Source: Oscillospiraceae bacterium (GTDB taxonomy: Bacteria > Bacillota > Clostridia > Oscillospirales > Ruminococcaceae). Taken from it: a DNA stretch of 29,211 nt. The position numbers and the translations under genes are program-made. The stretch is taken from NCBI GenBank assembly GCA_029240015.1, contig JARBTU010000001.1, positions 1-29,211 of the forward strand. Direction: 5' to 3'. The notes under the pieces are model-generated. The model had not been told where the DNA came from, did not search any database, and saw only the letters and a program-made list of their open reading frames with translations. Positions 9,636-18,133 of this stretch are shown one piece after another (positions within the stretch are counted from its first letter, which is position 1; every line of letters begins with the position of its first letter).

Positions 9636-10187
9636 TTAAGGGTTTGCAACAACAACCATTGCGTGTCTGATTACTTTTTCTCCCAGAAGATATCCTTTTT
9701 GAAACACTTGACAAACCGTATTTTCACCGAAGTTCTCATCTTCAATCTGGTTTACAGCATTATGAAGTCTTGGGTCAAACGGATTGCCCATGGCCTCAAT
9801 TTCTGTTACACCGATTTTTGTTAAGCTGTCTTTAAATTGATTAAAGATCATCTCAACACCTTTTTTGAATTCGCTGTCTGAACTTTCATATTCCAAGGCT
9901 CTTTCAAAATTGTCGATCACACCGATAATATCCCCAAGACAGCTCACCGTTGCATCTGCAAAAAGCTCCTGTTTTTCCTTTGCGGTGCGCTTTCTGAAAT
10001 TTTCAAACTCAGCCATTTGTCTTAAAAGTTTGTCTTTCAAACCGGCATTTTCCTCTTCCAAAGCTTTTATCGGGTCCAGGTTTTCTTGCCCGGTTTGTTC
10101 CTCATTTCCCTGAACTGTTTCCTCAACAATCTCTTCTGTTGTCTCATTTTCTTTTATGTCTTCCTTTTTACTTTTGCTCTTCGACAC
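9636..10187 (-). CDS. grpE: Nucleotide exchange factor GrpE
   Basis: AEFENFRKRTAKE, FDPRLHNAV, FQKGYLLGEKVIRHAMVVVAN. GTG start. Confidence 0.97.
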   Translation of the reverse strand: MSKSKSKKEDIKENETTEEIVEETVQGNEEQTGQENLDPIKALEEENAGLKDKLLRQMAEFENFRKRTAKEKQELFADATVSCLGDIIGVIDNFERALEYESSDSEFKKGVEMIFNQFKDSLTKIGVTEIEAMGNPFDPRLHNAVNQIEDENFGENTVCQVFQKGYLLGEKVIRHAMVVVANP

Positions 10188-10190
10188 GTT

Positions 10191-11255
10191 TTAGTCCCCT
10201 TTCTCGTCGTCTTGTTCAATCATTTGTGACAATGCGTTGCTTATTCCGTTAGAAAAATATTCGATGTATGGAATGATTTTCGCATAGTCAAGCCTTATCG
10301 GACCTATCACGCCAAGCGAACCGACATTCGCATTTCCCATACTGTACTGGGATAGGATGAGACTTGAATTCGTAATCGCAAAATTGTCATTCTCTTTCCC
10401 GAATATAATGTTTATTCCGTCAAAAGCAGAATTCAATAAATTTGCAAGTTCATTTTTGCTGGAAATAAATTTAATAATCTCGCTTGCATCAAAATCTTTA
10501 TAGGTCAAAAGGTTCGTTTCACCTTTGATTCCAACATCTCTGTGAAGAAATTCGCCTGAAAGCTCATACACTGCATACAACAGCGGGGATAATGACATCA
10601 TATAGCTTCCCAGAGCCACCGCAAGGTTTTGGATAAACGCCGGATTGAGGTTTTGTGTTTTGATTCCATAAAGGTTCTTGTTGATAAACTTTGCAAAAAA
10701 GTCCAGCTGTTCATAGTTTAAATCAAATTCAACCCGACATATTTTATTTTTAACTTCTCCCACCGAAGTAATGATAAGAAGCGCATAAAGCCTTCTTCCC
10801 GCCGGGACGACCTCCACCCGAGTGATTACCGAAAATTGAGGCATTGCCGACATGTTAATCGTCGCATATCCTGTCAATTCCGCAAGCGCTTCGGCAGCAC
10901 TCCCAACAACAGCTTCAGCAGTTAGATTTTTTTGCAGCAAAAAACTGTCGATCAACTCTTTCTCTTCTTGAGTCAGCGGCTTTTGAACCATAAGCTTTTC
11001 GATATAAAGGCGATATCCCAAATAAGATGGTACTCTTCCTGCGGAAGTGTGCGGCTGTTCAATGAACCCCAGCTTTTCCAAAAGCGCCATATCATTTCTG
11101 ATGGTAGCACTCGAGACCGTGTCTTTTAACAGGGACGCAACCGCCTTTTATCCAACAGGTTCGCCGGTCTTTATATATTCCTCTATGATTACCGCTAAAA
11201 CCCTCAGCTTTCTGTCGTCAACGTTGAAGGCCTTATCATCTTGAAAGACTTTCAT
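10191..11255 (-). pseudogene. hrcA: Heat-inducible transcription repressor HrcA with an in-frame premature stop
   Basis: The frame from ATG 11255 reads MKVFQDDKAFNVDDRKLRVLAVIIEEYIKTGEPVG*KAVASLLKDTVSSATIRNDMALLE...QPHTSAGRVPS. TAA at 11150-11148 sits where HrcA has the conserved Ser of EPVGS. The remainder (GVIGPIRLDY) is intact. Confidence 0.88.
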
Positions 11256-11287
11256 AGTTATCACTCATTTTTTATATTTCTATATTA

Positions 11288-11314
11288 TTAGCACTCTTAT
11301 CTCTTGAGTGCTAA
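11288..11314. promoter_or_regulatory. CIRCE operator (HrcA binding site)
   Basis: Exact consensus TTAGCACTC-N9-GAGTGCTAA, upstream of hrcA and overlapping the predicted transcription start. Confidence 0.98.
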
Positions 11315-11318
11315 TAAT

Positions 11319-11347
11319 AATATATCCCTTTATTATACTGATGTCAA
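11319..11347 (-). promoter_or_regulatory. sigma-A promoter of the hrcA-grpE-dnaK-dnaJ operon
   Basis: TTGACA-N17-TATATT directly upstream of CIRCE. Confidence 0.75.
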
Positions 11348-11416
11348 GTCTAAATTGTTAATATATCATTAAATATGTTCTTATAAAGCAATAGGGGTTT
11401 AAAAATAATATTTATG

Positions 11417-11470
11417 CGAGAAACAACTGTCTTCCGCCCCATAAATGAAGGATTCAGACGATTGTTCCCG
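11417..11470 (-). terminator. Imperfect hairpin just after the GT2/GtrA stop codon
   Basis: On the minus-strand RNA, CGGGAACAATCGTCT pairs with AGACAGTTGTTTCTCG (G-U pairs, one bulge, one mismatch). Confidence 0.4.
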
Positions 11471-11474
11471 ATTC

Positions 11475-12500
11475 TTATATAAATTTTTCTTTTTTGAAAA
11501 TAAATCTTTTTTGAATAATATAACTTACATTAAAAAGAATCAATTCTGTCAATATTTTTGCCGCAATAACAGGAATGTGTGCTTCCTGAACCAGCAAAGA
11601 CAACAGAAGATAATTCGCTATCATAATGACGAGCACCAATCCAAAATATTTAGGAGCAGACTGGGTAAGCGAGATATCCTTTACCTTGAACACCATTTTT
11701 TTGTTCAAATAATAATTTAAGACTGAGCTGACTATTCTTGCCACAACGACGCCAAACAACAAACTTTCCGTCAACGTCTTAAATGTAAATAAAAGCGAAA
11801 AGTCAAGAACAGCAGAAATGGAAGAAGCTGTGCAGAATTTAAGCAGAATCCAATAGATCCTTGCAGAATCCACAACAGGTCTAAAATGCGTTCCCCGATT
11901 GTTATTATCATAAATCGTAAGAATCGGTATTTGTTTAATTTCATATTTAAAATCTATCGCGCTCATCAACAAATTGAATTCATATTCAAACCTGCTGCCC
12001 TCCACCGAGCACAGCCATTTGAGCATTGAACAAGGATATCCTCTGAGCCCTGTTTGCGTATCTGCAATCTTTTTTCCCGTAAACAGGGCAAATGTCCATG
12101 CTGTAATGGTATTGCCGAAGCGGCTCTTGAACGGAACTTTCCCTTTGAATCTCCTAGTCCCTAAGACGATTTGATTTTTGTTCTGTTCGATTGCATTCGC
12201 TACTTTAATAATATCTTCAATATGGTGCTGCCCATCGCAATCTGCACAAACAACAGCATCATTTTCCTTCTGGGAAAGCAGATATGCAAATCCCGTTTTT
12301 AGTGCTTCTCCCTTGCCTTTGTTGCAGAAATGTTTTAAAACTATACAGCCGAATTCCTGCGCCTGATGAAAAATTTCCTGATATTTTTCTCCGCTTCCAT
12401 CATCTATAATCAAAATCTGATAATTCGTTTCGTTTTGAATCTGCTGAATCAGGACAAGCATTTTTTTAGTTGGTTCGTATGCGGGAATCAATACTTTCAT
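11475..12500 (-). CDS. Bifunctional glycosyltransferase family 2 / GtrA-family protein
   Basis: VLIPAYEP, IIDDGS, GKGEALKTG, CADCDGQH, DTQTGLRG (GT2, DPM1-like), then a C-terminal GtrA-type four-helix region (VVARIVSSVLNYYLNKKMVF). ATG 12500 has a GAGGTG RBS; GTG 12509 is an alternative start. Confidence 0.9.
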   Translation of the reverse strand: MKVLIPAYEPTKKMLVLIQQIQNETNYQILIIDDGSGEKYQEIFHQAQEFGCIVLKHFCNKGKGEALKTGFAYLLSQKENDAVVCADCDGQHHIEDIIKVANAIEQNKNQIVLGTRRFKGKVPFKSRFGNTITAWTFALFTGKKIADTQTGLRGYPCSMLKWLCSVEGSRFEYEFNLLMSAIDFKYEIKQIPILTIYDNNNRGTHFRPVVDSARIYWILLKFCTASSISAVLDFSLLFTFKTLTESLLFGVVVARIVSSVLNYYLNKKMVFKVKDISLTQSAPKYFGLVLVIMIANYLLLSLLVQEAHIPVIAAKILTELILFNVSYIIQKRFIFKKEKFI

Positions 12501-12511
12501 ACCCGTCACCT

Positions 12512-13474
12512 CTACTTGACATACAAGATATCACTGGTACCTCGTTCTTTGTCTTTTCCCAAAGGATTATTGATTAGGTGCCCCATAAAATACATTGTAG
12601 AGGATCCTCCTCCATCCATATTGTAAGCTTGGGCACATCCTAAACCCTTAAAAATCTGTGCGAATTCGTCTAACGTTACACCCTTACTATAGCCTTTGCT
12701 CCTACCGTCCGCCACGATAAAAACGAAGTGATTTGCTTCAATTATTCCTACGCCCGTCCGTGGTTGATTTCCTTGGATGGAATGGTTCCCGAAATTTGTG
12801 TCAACTTCGACGCTATCCAACTCCGTGGGAATCGTTCCATCCTGTAAAATCGCCGGTCCGAAAGAATAGGTGTTATAGACTCCGTCTTTTAACAATTGAG
12901 CCGCTGATATTTTTGTTTCATCATATACTCTCATACTTCCATCTTTATAAATAGCAAGCCCTGTCCGGGCGGGGATATTTCTGTATAACACCCCGTTTCG
13001 GATTACAACGCCATCATTTCTGAATCCGTAATAATCCCCATTGATTGCAAATATCGCATCATTGTTCTGCGCAATGACAGAGGTATACTGAGTAATATTG
13101 GTTCCAAATTTGTTTTTGGCAAGTGCCGCTTGGAGGTCTGTTCCGCTGGTTAATTTCACATCGGCTACATAATAAGTAACGATGTCCTGACCTGTTCCTT
13201 TTGTTATTTTTTTGATTGAAATGGATTTTGTATCGCTGACATAGTTCATATCATCCGCTGTATAGGCTTCGGAACTAGCTTCTTTATCAGTATCTTCTTT
13301 TTCTTCTGAAGCTGCACTGCCATTTGATGACTGAACTTCTGTTTGTGATGAAGAAACCACCTCTTTTTCAATATGTTCAATCAGATACCTGTTCGCAAGC
13401 AAATATAAAATAAATCCTACTACTATGATAAAAGCCGCCGCTGAACTAAATATTATTTTTAATTTTTTGGACAT
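12512..13474 (-). CDS. Membrane-anchored phosphodiester glycosidase family (NAGPA-like) protein
   Basis: N-terminal TM helix, S/E-rich linker, AINGDYY, QPRTGVG, ADGR, AYNMDGGGSS. ATG 13474 follows an AAGGTG RBS; the track start is 13483. Confidence 0.88.
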   Translation of the reverse strand: MSKKLKIIFSSAAAFIIVVGFILYLLANRYLIEHIEKEVVSSSQTEVQSSNGSAASEEKEDTDKEASSEAYTADDMNYVSDTKSISIKKITKGTGQDIVTYYVADVKLTSGTDLQAALAKNKFGTNITQYTSVIAQNNDAIFAINGDYYGFRNDGVVIRNGVLYRNIPARTGLAIYKDGSMRVYDETKISAAQLLKDGVYNTYSFGPAILQDGTIPTELDSVEVDTNFGNHSIQGNQPRTGVGIIEANHFVFIVADGRSKGYSKGVTLDEFAQIFKGLGCAQAYNMDGGGSSTMYFMGHLINNPLGKDKERGTSDILYVK

Positions 13475-13629
13475 CGCATACACCTTATTTCTGTTTATGA
13501 AAATAAAACAAACTATCCACCAGAGATAATTTTTGATTTTCTTATTTTAAAGTTTTTATGTGTTAATACAACGTTCACAATGTGATGATTTTTTGAATGT
13601 TATTAAAAGAATGTTTGTTCAAAAAAATT

Positions 13630-13658
13630 TTGACAAAAAATTAAAAATATAATAAAAT
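13630..13658 (+). promoter_or_regulatory. sigma-A promoter of the fluoride riboswitch-fluc unit
   Basis: TTGACA-N17-TAAAAT. Confidence 0.7.
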
Positions 13659-13666
13659 AATACTCA

Positions 13667-13727
13667 GGGAATGAAGTTCTCCCTTGCTTTCATGCAAAAC
13701 TGCTTTTAACAGCTAATGACTTCTGTA
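13667..13727 (+). ncRNA. Fluoride riboswitch (crcB motif)
   Basis: GGGAATGAAGTTCTCCC...AAACTGC...AGCTAATGACTTCTG fits the crcB motif: P1 GGGAA/TTCTCCC, pseudoknot GAAG with CTTC, conserved GAUGA-like/AAUGAC segments. Directly upstream of fluc. Confidence 0.92.
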
Positions 13728-13756
13728 ATGTTCTGATTACAGAAGTCATTTTTATT
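13714..13756 (+). terminator. Riboswitch expression-platform terminator
   Basis: AATGACTTCTGTAAT-gttctg-ATTACAGAAGTCATT-TTTATTT; the 5' arm overlaps the aptamer 3' end. Confidence 0.88.
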
Positions 13757-13767
13757 TCATATAAAGG

Positions 13768-14157
13768 ATGGATAGATTTATGATAAAATGTATTTTTATA
13801 GGATTAGGCGGATTTATCGGCTCTATTTGCAGGTATCTTGTGGGTCTTGCTTTTTTAACAGCTTCGTCCGCTTTCCCCATCTCGACACTAATCATCAATT
13901 TCGTGGGGTCTTTTATCATCGGAATCATCACTGAATTTTCAATAAAAATAGTTCCTATAAATACAAATTTACTAGCCTTTCTGACTATTGGAATCTGCGG
14001 CGGCTTTACAACTTTTTCAACCTTCTCCCTTGAGACCATAAATTTATTTGAAAAAGGAAAATTAGCGCTAGGTTTTGCTTATGCCTTATCCAGTGTGGTA
14101 TTATGCCTCACTGCGGTTATCGCAGGAAAATGTTTGATACGCTATATTGCTCATTGA
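13768..14157 (+). CDS. crcB: Fluoride channel Fluc/CrcB
   Basis: GLGGFIGSICRY, STLIINFVGSFIIG, GICGGFTTFSTF signature. Alternative start at ATG 13780. Confidence 0.96.
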   Translation: MDRFMIKCIFIGLGGFIGSICRYLVGLAFLTASSAFPISTLIINFVGSFIIGIITEFSIKIVPINTNLLAFLTIGICGGFTTFSTFSLETINLFEKGKLALGFAYALSSVVLCLTAVIAGKCLIRYIAH

Positions 14158-14184
14158 TTTATTTATGCTCTTATTTTTTTATGT

Positions 14185-14226
14185 AAAAAAGATATCCTTT
14201 CAAATGAATGAAAGGATATCTTTTTT
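14185..14226. terminator. Bidirectional terminator between crcB and the LysM-CAP gene
   Basis: AAAAAAGATATCCTTTC-loop-GAAAGGATATCTTTTTT. Confidence 0.85.
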
Positions 14227-14228
14227 CA

Positions 14229-14849
14229 CTATTTATATGGTCTGATAAAATGCTGTGTCCAATAAAGTGTTCCGTTTGATTTTTTAGCCGCACCTACACC
14301 GATCTGGCTATATGATGTGGATAAGATATTCGCTCTGTGTCCCGCGGAGTTCATCCATGCATTTACAACTTCCTTGGCTGTTCTTTGACCGTAAGCAATG
14401 TTTTCGCCAGCGGAAGAGAACTTGAGCCCGAAGCTCTGCATCATATCAAAAGGAGAACCATAGGTTGGAGATTGGTGAGCAAAATAGTTTTTATTAATCA
14501 TGTCCTGAGATTTATATCTTGCTACCCTTGAAAGCTGCCAGTTTTCTGTAAGAGCAGGCAGCCCTCTGCTGGTACGCTCAATATTTGTAAGTCTGATGAC
14601 TTCTTTTTCAAACGATTGAAGTGAAGAAGCTTCCGGAATTTTAATCTTTTGTCCCGGATAAATCATGCTGGGATTTTTCAGGCTCGGGTTGGCTGCTATA
14701 AGCTCTGAAATTCCTATCTGATATTTAACAGCAATCTTCCACATAGAATCGCCTTTGGCAACGGTATATGTTGTTCCCTGCGCAAATGCAGTAAGATTTA
14801 CCGCAAGTGCAAGAATAACCGTCACTGCTAATATTCTTAATTTTTTCAT
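14229..14849 (-). CDS. Secreted LysM + CAP-domain protein (SafA/ExsA-type LysM, YkwD-like CAP), probably sporulation-associated
   Basis: Signal peptide (…NLTAFA), LysM YTVAKGDSMWKIA...IYPGQKIKIP, CAP motifs AGENIAYGQ, WMNSAGHRANIL and YWTQHF. Confidence 0.88.
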   Translation of the reverse strand: MKKLRILAVTVILALAVNLTAFAQGTTYTVAKGDSMWKIAVKYQIGISELIAANPSLKNPSMIYPGQKIKIPEASSLQSFEKEVIRLTNIERTSRGLPALTENWQLSRVARYKSQDMINKNYFAHQSPTYGSPFDMMQSFGLKFSSAGENIAYGQRTAKEVVNAWMNSAGHRANILSTSYSQIGVGAAKKSNGTLYWTQHFIRPYK

Positions 14850-15058
14850 GTTTATTCACCTCCTACAATATTTTTTCCTTATCGGACGCAATTATCCTGT
14901 GGGGATTATATTGCCTGTTTTAAAAGAATTTAGTAAACAAACAATGAAAAATTTGCTTTAAAAAATTTTAATATCTTAAATATATTATTCTCAAAATAAG
15001 GTGATTTATAAAAATATAAAAACTAAAATTTTATTGCAAAAGCTGTAAAGCAAAATAC

Positions 15059-15087
15059 TTGACAATCAAATGTTCATGTTGTATACT
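15059..15087 (+). promoter_or_regulatory. sigma-A promoter of ylxM-ffh
   Basis: TTGACA-N17-TATACT. Confidence 0.8.
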
Positions 15088-15142
15088 TGGTAACAGTGTA
15101 AAGAGAAAATCTTTATCCCCTTGTATTTATGGAGGATTTCTG

Positions 15143-15517
15143 ATGAATACAAAAAACTTGGAAGTTTCCGTTCTTCTTGATTTTTATGGCGAAATGCTGA
15201 CCGAAAAACAGCGTGACCTGGTGGAACTTTATTATAATGAGGACTTGTCTCTTGCAGAGATTGCCGAACTTGAAAAAATAACAAGGCAAGGTGTTCGGGA
15301 CAGTATCAAACGCGGGGAAGCTTTTTTGTTTGAACTGGAACAAAAGCTTGGCATGGTCAAACGCTTTCAGAATCTTTCCCAGACATTGGAACAAATTAAT
15401 GAACTTGCAATGAACTCCTACCATATTAACGATCAATATAAATACTCAAAAGAAATTGAAATAAATTTAAAAAAAATCAACGAATTGGTTCAAGATATTT
15501 TGGATGAAAATCTTTGA
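15143..15517 (+). CDS. ylxM: YlxM family DNA-binding / SRP-associated protein
   Basis: LLDFYGEMLTEKQR...YYNEDLSLAEIAE...ITRQGVRD; directly upstream of ffh. ATG 15143 follows GGAGG. Confidence 0.93.
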   Translation: MNTKNLEVSVLLDFYGEMLTEKQRDLVELYYNEDLSLAEIAELEKITRQGVRDSIKRGEAFLFELEQKLGMVKRFQNLSQTLEQINELAMNSYHINDQYKYSKEIEINLKKINELVQDILDENL

Positions 15518-15532
15518 GAGGAATGAAGCAAC

Positions 15533-16870
15533 TTGGCATTTGAGGGACTTTCCGAAAAGCTTTCCGGCGCTTTTAAACGATTAAAGTCAAAAGGAAAATT
15601 AAATGAGTCCGATGTAAAAGAAGCGATGCGCGAAGTGCGGCTTGCTCTTTTGGAAGCGGATGTTAACTATAAAGTCGTAAAAGATTTTGTTTCAAAAGTT
15701 AGCGAACGTTCAGTGGGTGCGGAAGTTTTGCAAAGCCTTACTCCTGCCCAGCAAGTGATCAAAATCGTAAACGAAGAACTTAGCTCACTGATGGGGAGCG
15801 AAAATTCCAGAATCAACTTTCCGTCCAAGCCGCCATGTGTTATTATGATGTGTGGATTGCAAGGAAGCGGTAAAACAACGCACACCGCAAAACTTGCGAA
15901 ATATTTTATTGCTCAGGGCAGACGCCCTTTGCTGGTTGCGTGTGACGTTTATCGTCCCGCTGCGATTACACAACTTCAGGTTGTTGGCGAAAGAGTTGGC
16001 GCAAAAGTTTTTGAAATGGGCAATATCGACCCGGTCAAGATTGCAAAAGAAGCCGTAAAACATGCGAAAGATCACGGCAACGACATTGTAATTCTCGACA
16101 CCGCCGGTCGTTTGCATATAGATGAACAATTGATGGGTGAACTAAAACGCATCAAATCCGAAGTGGAGCCGAATGAGATTTTGTTGGTCGTGGATTCCAT
16201 GACAGGTCAGGATGCTGTTAATGTTGCCACTTCTTTCAACGAGACGCTTGGTATCGATGGTGTTGTATTAACCAAGTTAGACGGTGATACTCGTGGCGGT
16301 GCGGCACTGTCTGTTCTTGCCGTAACAGGAAAACCGATTAAGTTTTCAGGTATCGGCGAAAAGATGGAGGACCTTGAGCCGTTCCACCCTGAACGTATGG
16401 CGTCAAGAATCCTTGGTATGGGCGACGTTTTAACATTGATTGAAAAAGCTCAAACCCAAGTGGACGAAAAAGAAGCCAAGCAGTTGGCTCAAAAACTGAA
16501 AGAAAACAGCTTTGATTTGAATGACTTATTGGATCAAATGAAGCAGATTCAAAAAATGGGTCCGCTTAAACAAATTATGTCCATGTTTCCAGGCATGGGA
16601 AAACAACTTGAAAACGTTGACATTGACGACCGTCAACTGCTTCGTATCGAAGCGATGATTACATCTATGACGCCAAAAGAACGAGCAAAACCAAGTATTA
16701 TCAATCCGGGCAGAAAGCGGAGAATCGCTACGGGCAGCGGAATGAAAGTGGAAGATGTAAACCGTCTTCTCAAGCAATTTGAACAAATGCAAAAAATGAT
16801 GAAACAGTTTAGCGGAAAAAACAAAAAAGGCAAACGAAAAATGATGATGCCGCCCGGCATGCCGTTTTAA
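15533..16870 (+). CDS. ffh: Signal recognition particle protein Ffh
   Basis: MAFEGLSEKL, GLQGSGKTT, DTAGR, TKLDGDTRGGAALS and an M-rich C-terminus. TTG start. Confidence 0.99.
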   Translation: MAFEGLSEKLSGAFKRLKSKGKLNESDVKEAMREVRLALLEADVNYKVVKDFVSKVSERSVGAEVLQSLTPAQQVIKIVNEELSSLMGSENSRINFPSKPPCVIMMCGLQGSGKTTHTAKLAKYFIAQGRRPLLVACDVYRPAAITQLQVVGERVGAKVFEMGNIDPVKIAKEAVKHAKDHGNDIVILDTAGRLHIDEQLMGELKRIKSEVEPNEILLVVDSMTGQDAVNVATSFNETLGIDGVVLTKLDGDTRGGAALSVLAVTGKPIKFSGIGEKMEDLEPFHPERMASRILGMGDVLTLIEKAQTQVDEKEAKQLAQKLKENSFDLNDLLDQMKQIQKMGPLKQIMSMFPGMGKQLENVDIDDRQLLRIEAMITSMTPKERAKPSIINPGRKRRIATGSGMKVEDVNRLLKQFEQMQKMMKQFSGKNKKGKRKMMMPPGMPF

Positions 16871-16955
16871 TTTTTATTTTTGATATTGCTCCCGATAATC
16901 GGGATGTAAATATATATTTCAAAGGGTTTCCCTTTTATCAGGAGGTGACAGTATA

Positions 16956-17198
16956 ATGGCTGTTAAAATAAGACTACGTCGTATGGGCGCTAAAAAAGCT
17001 CCTTTTTATCGTATCGTTGTTGCTGATTCAAGATATCCTCGTGACGGAAGATTTATTGAAGAGATCGGTTATTACGACCCAACCAAAAACCCATCCGTAA
17101 TTAAAATCGACGCTGAGAAAGCTCAGAAATGGATGGCAAACGGAGCACAACCAACCGACACCGTAAAGAAAATTTTAAAAGAGAACAGTTCTCTTTAA
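16956..17198 (+). CDS. rpsP: 30S ribosomal protein S16
   Basis: [42 protein letters not shown]. Confidence 0.99.
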   Translation: MAVKIRLRRMGAKKAPFYRIVVADSRYPRDGRFIEEIGYYDPTKNPSVIKIDAEKAQKWMANGAQPTDTVKKILKENSSL

Positions 17199-17249
17199 TT
17201 TTTAAACCAAATTGCTAATGCTATATTTAAGGATTTGAGGGCAATTGCT

Positions 17250-17483
17250 ATGAAAGACTTATTAATTACGATTGCAAAAGGACTTGTTGAAAACAAGGAC
17301 GCAGTCAACGTTACAGTTGACGAACCAAACGAGGATGGCATTGTGGTTTATCACCTCAACGTCGCTCCTGACGACATGGGACGCGTTATTGGCAAGCAAG
17401 GCCGAATTGCAAAAGCATTGCGAACATTGATGCGTGCCGGTGCAAGTCGCATCAACGAAAAGATCATGGTCGAAATCGACTGA
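17250..17483 (+). CDS. khpA: KH-domain RNA-binding protein KhpA (YlqC)
   Basis: VAPDDMGRVIGKQGRIAKALRT (GxxG loop), between rpsP and rimM. ATG 17250 preferred over TTG 17235. Confidence 0.94.
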   Translation: MKDLLITIAKGLVENKDAVNVTVDEPNEDGIVVYHLNVAPDDMGRVIGKQGRIAKALRTLMRAGASRINEKIMVEID

Positions 17484-17496
17484 TTTTTTCACTTTA

Positions 17497-17539
17497 TATT
17501 TCAAGGGAATGTGAGCTTTGCCTGCATTCCCTTGAAATA
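17497..17539 (+). terminator. Stem-loop between khpA and rimM
   Basis: TATTTCAAGGGAATG...CATTCCCTTGAAATA 15-bp stem with a weak U-tail. Confidence 0.6.
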
Positions 17540-17608
17540 ATTTATTCAGAAAATCCCGTATGTTACGTTTATATATGAAAACAATAGTGTTTAGGAGGTT
17601 TTTAAAAG

Positions 17609-18133
17609 ATGGAAGAAAAAAGCCTTTATCTTGAAATAGGAAAAATCGTTTCAACCCACGGAATCCACGGGGAGGTCCGCGTTCAGCCATGGTGCAATAC
17701 ACCAGAATTTTTAACTGAATTCTATTTTTTATATCTTGACCGTCAAAAGAAACGAATCGAAATTGAACGCTCAAGAGCACAAAAAAATATCGTCATCATG
17801 AAAATTCAGGGAGTAGACGATATAGAACAGGCATTAGCGCTGAGGAACAAAATTGTTTATGCCAGCCGAGAAGACATGGAGCTTGAAGAAGGCTCTTATT
17901 TTATACAAGACCTAATCGGAATAAAGGTCATTGACGCAGACAATTCCGAAAAATCTTACGGCACTTTAACCGATGTTCTTCAAACTGGAGCAAACGATGT
18001 TTATCAAATAACGGATGAAAATAAAAAAGAAGTTTTGATTCCCGCGATTGCTGATGTTGTGATTAAAACGGATTTAGAGAATAATCAAATGGTGATCAGA
18101 CCGTTGAAAGGCTTGTTTGACGATGAGGATTGA
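17609..18133 (+). CDS. rimM: Ribosome maturation factor RimM
   Basis: IGKIVSTHGIHGEVRV, YFIQDLIG, VLQTGANDVY, VLIPAI; conserved gene context. Confidence 0.96.
   Translation: MEEKSLYLEIGKIVSTHGIHGEVRVQPWCNTPEFLTEFYFLYLDRQKKRIEIERSRAQKNIVIMKIQGVDDIEQALALRNKIVYASREDMELEEGSYFIQDLIGIKVIDADNSEKSYGTLTDVLQTGANDVYQITDENKKEVLIPAIADVVIKTDLENNQMVIRPLKGLFDDED

Noticed and set aside
10191-11090. 299-aa ORF as a complete HrcA
   Set aside because: It lacks the N-terminal HTH and an RBS; it is the part downstream of the premature TAA.
11148-11150. Stop-codon reassignment (alternative genetic code) explaining the hrcA TAA
   Set aside because: TAA terminates many genes normally in this window (e.g. prfB, dnaK, ffh, rpsP).
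13575-13585. TCACA-A-TGTGA palindrome upstream of the phosphodiester glycosidase
   Set aside because: Orientation and spacing do not fit CRP/FNR-type sites, and it is too short to support in AT-rich DNA.
14850-14960. Forespore sigma-F/G promoter for the LysM-CAP gene
   Set aside because: GGCAATATA resembles a -10 element, but the candidate -35 spacing (18-20 nt) does not fit.
16890-16935. Two tiny hairpins (TCCCGA/TCGGGA; AAAGGG/CCCTTT) before rpsP as a regulatory leader
   Set aside because: Only 6-bp stems, and no known S16 leader model could be matched by eye.
17262-17780. 172-aa minus-strand ORF across khpA/rimM
   Set aside because: Antisense shadow with no motif support.
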